IMG/VR virus record: IMGVR_UViG_3300031857_000259
Location: 1-53,332 of that record
Direction: 5' to 3' (one strand)
From: a virus
Taxonomy: Duplodnaviria; Caudoviricetes
Length of the DNA: 53,332 nt
The first letter of the stretch is position 1. Each line of letters opens with the position of its first letter. Positions 51,283-53,332 of the stretch are shown piece after piece. The position numbers were made by a program, and so were the translations under genes. Below the pieces are notes generated by a model. The model saw only the letters and a program-made list of their open reading frames with translations, searched no databases and was not told the origin of the DNA.

Positions 51283-53332
51283 ATGGCAAAGATAAGTACA
51301 TACCCCATACTATCAGATCCTACTATCAATGACATTCTAATTGGAACTGATGTACAGGATTTAAATATCACTAAGAACTTTTCGATAGGTTCTATAATTG
51401 ATATAGTTGGGGAAGGATTTGTGCCATATGTTGGGGCTATTGATGATGTAAATCTAGGATCATTCGATATTACTTCTTCCGCATTTATTGTTGGAGGAGG
51501 ACTTTCTTCTGAGTTTTTAAAAGCAGATGGTAGCCTTGACCCAACAATATATCAGCCTGCTGGTAACTACATTACTCAATTATCAGGTGAAGCTACTGCT
51601 TTAGGGCCTGGTAATGCAACTATCACTCTTAGCAATTCTGCTGTAATAAACAAGGTCCTTACAGGACTCAACATTACAGGAAGTGCAGTTGTTGCTACTG
51701 ATAGCATTCTTACTGCATTTGGTAAGGTTCAGAATCAAATTAACACACTTGTTGGTGGAGTTCAGTACAAGGGTACATGGAACGCAGCAACCAATACACC
51801 AACATTGCAGAGCTCAGTGGGCGTGCAGGGTAACTACTATGTAGTGAGTGTAGCTGGTAGTACAAACCTTAACGGCATTACCGATTGGAGGCTTGGTGAT
51901 TGGGCTATCTTTAACGGATCAGCTTGGGAGAAGGTTGACAACACTGATGCAGTAATTTCTGTTAACGGACAGGTTGGTGCAGTTGTGCTTACAACTACTG
52001 ACATTGCTGAGGGTACTAACTTATACTACACTGACCTACGATCTAGAAGCGCAATTAGTTTAACGACTACAGGCAACAGCGGTGCTGCTACTTATAATTA
52101 CACGACTGGCATTTTTAATATCCCTAACTACACATTAGGGGGGCTTGGTGGTGTTCCAACAACTAGGACACTAACTATTAATGGTACAGCCTTTGACTTG
52201 TCTGCTGACAGAAGTTGGAGCGTGGGTACAGTTACGTCAATTGCCACAACTGGACCACTTACAGGCGGTACAATTACAGGTTCTGGCACAATTGCAATTA
52301 CGCAGGCAGGAGCAAGCTCAGATGGGTACTTGTCAAGTACTGATTGGAATACATTCAACAATAAGCAGAATGCTATTACTAACCCTGTAACGGGGACTGG
52401 TACTCCAAACACATTACCAATGTGGGGAAGTACTACGTCATTAGTAAATAGTCCACTTTCATATGCTGCTGATGCGTTTAACTTTCAATACAATAGCGCA
52501 ACCGGTGGTACGGTAAACTTTACAAACATTGGGTTGACTGCGTATACGTATTCAATTCAGATGAATAACTTCGGTTCTCCGAGGTCAACTGTACATAGCT
52601 ATACTGATGGCTTGGTGATTCAGTTTATTGGAGGCACTCAGGTGTCACGGATGTTTGCTAATGGCAACTTAATTCTAGGGACTGGAGTTGTAGACAACGG
52701 ACACAAGCTTGAGCTTAGTGGAACTTTAGCTTTAAGGGCATCTGCTAGTGCTTCGGCTGCTACTCAGGTACCTGTGTTTATTGCTGACCCATCAGGTACA
52801 ACTAGGGAGCTAGTAACACGAACTCCTGCTCAGTTGCTTGGTGATGCAGGTGGAGTAACAGGCACAGGAGCAAATGGTCAAGTAGCCTTTTGGAATGGCA
52901 TAAGGTCTCAGACGGGAGATACTTCATTCACTTGGGATAATACAAATAAGCGTTTAACTGTTGGTGCGGTATCTTCTTTTCCTTGGTTAGGCTCTCAGCT
53001 TGAAGTTAGAAATCAAATCAGAATATTTGACCCTCTTTCTAGTTCTCACGGCGTGAGATTTGGTTTTAATTCTAATATCCCTTTTATACAAGGTTTTAGA
53101 GAGACAGTCGGGGCTGTAAACCTTCAGTTGCAACCAAGTGGTGGCAATGTCCTAATCAACACCACCACCGACGCAGGCTTTCGCTTGGATGTGAACGGCA
53201 CTGCTAGGGTGCAGGGGGTGCTTACCACTACTGCTGATGCGGTGGTGAATGGGGTGAACATTGGAATTGGTGGAGGTGCTGTTAATACCAATACAAGGGT
53301 AGGACAAACTGCTTTAAGAGACAATACAACAG
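51283..53332 (+). CDS. Tail fibre / receptor-binding protein, 3' truncated (>=683 aa; absent from ORF track)
   Basis: Hand translation is open to the window end: MAKISTYP...YKGTWNAATNTP...SVNGQVGAVVL...GYLSSTDWNTFNNK...GGNVLINTTTDAGFRLDVNG. G/T/S-rich fibre modules. Confidence 0.85.
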   Translation, partial: MAKISTYPILSDPTINDILIGTDVQDLNITKNFSIGSIIDIVGEGFVPYVGAIDDVNLGSFDITSSAFIVGGGLSSEFLKADGSLDPTIYQPAGNYITQLSGEATALGPGNATITLSNSAVINKVLTGLNITGSAVVATDSILTAFGKVQNQINTLVGGVQYKGTWNAATNTPTLQSSVGVQGNYYVVSVAGSTNLNGITDWRLGDWAIFNGSAWEKVDNTDAVISVNGQVGAVVLTTTDIAEGTNLYYTDLRSRSAISLTTTGNSGAATYNYTTGIFNIPNYTLGGLGGVPTTRTLTINGTAFDLSADRSWSVGTVTSIATTGPLTGGTITGSGTIAITQAGASSDGYLSSTDWNTFNNKQNAITNPVTGTGTPNTLPMWGSTTSLVNSPLSYAADAFNFQYNSATGGTVNFTNIGLTAYTYSIQMNNFGSPRSTVHSYTDGLVIQFIGGTQVSRMFANGNLILGTGVVDNGHKLELSGTLALRASASASAATQVPVFIADPSGTTRELVTRTPAQLLGDAGGVTGTGANGQVAFWNGIRSQTGDTSFTWDNTNKRLTVGAVSSFPWLGSQLEVRNQIRIFDPLSSSHGVRFGFNSNIPFIQGFRETVGAVNLQLQPSGGNVLINTTTDAGFRLDVNGTARVQGVLTTTADAVVNGVNIGIGGGAVNTNTRVGQTALRDNTT

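Noticed and set aside
52128-53324. Short ORFs listed at the right end
   Set aside because: They are shadows of the uninterrupted fibre ORF that starts at 51283.
1-53332. Stop-codon reassignment as in some crAss-like phages
   Set aside because: Long genes are intact in the standard code, and TAA, TAG and TGA all end tightly packed or coupled genes.
1-53332. tRNA, integrase, reverse transcriptase/DGR, DNA or RNA polymerase genes
   Set aside because: No cloverleaf or catalytic motifs were recognised by eye. Such genes could lie outside the window, and tRNAscan/HMM searches were not run.

Overview
This window is most of the genome of a lytic, podovirus-like tailed dsDNA phage, and the host is most likely a Bacteroidota. 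Host evidence: TAnnTTTG '-7' promoter boxes precede many operons, start regions are A-rich without Shine-Dalgarno sequences, the primase has a VirE/BT4734-type N-terminus, and an RpoA-CTD-like protein has the RNFG motif. The window starts in the terminase large subunit and ends inside a tail-fibre gene that the ORF track missed. Layout: (1) + strand morphogenesis block, 1-26.3 kb: terL end, portal, scaffold, major capsid, tail ring/nozzle proteins, GNAT, two ejection-type proteins and a 3060-aa polyvalent protein. (2) - strand replication/recombination block, 26.3-34.3 kb: VRR-NUC, SNF2-like helicase, primase-helicase, SSB-like, RecE-like exonuclease, Sak3-like annealase and two DnaA-domain-IV-like proteins. 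(3) - strand cluster of about 30 small early genes, 34.3-41.4 kb. (4) A non-coding divergence region, probably the genome end or a control region. (5) + strand late block with groEL and groES, small basic proteins, lysis genes and the fibre. No tRNA, CRISPR, integrase, DNA polymerase or RNA polymerase was recognised. The most notable observations are: peptidase, unknown and methyltransferase cassettes in the giant protein, each bounded by an SRS[Q/S] motif; two colinear origin-like elements 10.45 kb apart that bracket the whole early region; a candidate -1 frameshift signal at the primase/helicase junction and another in the giant protein; a stand-alone RNA polymerase alpha-CTD; and dense palindrome arrays. 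All product calls come from motif recognition by eye; no database searches were run.
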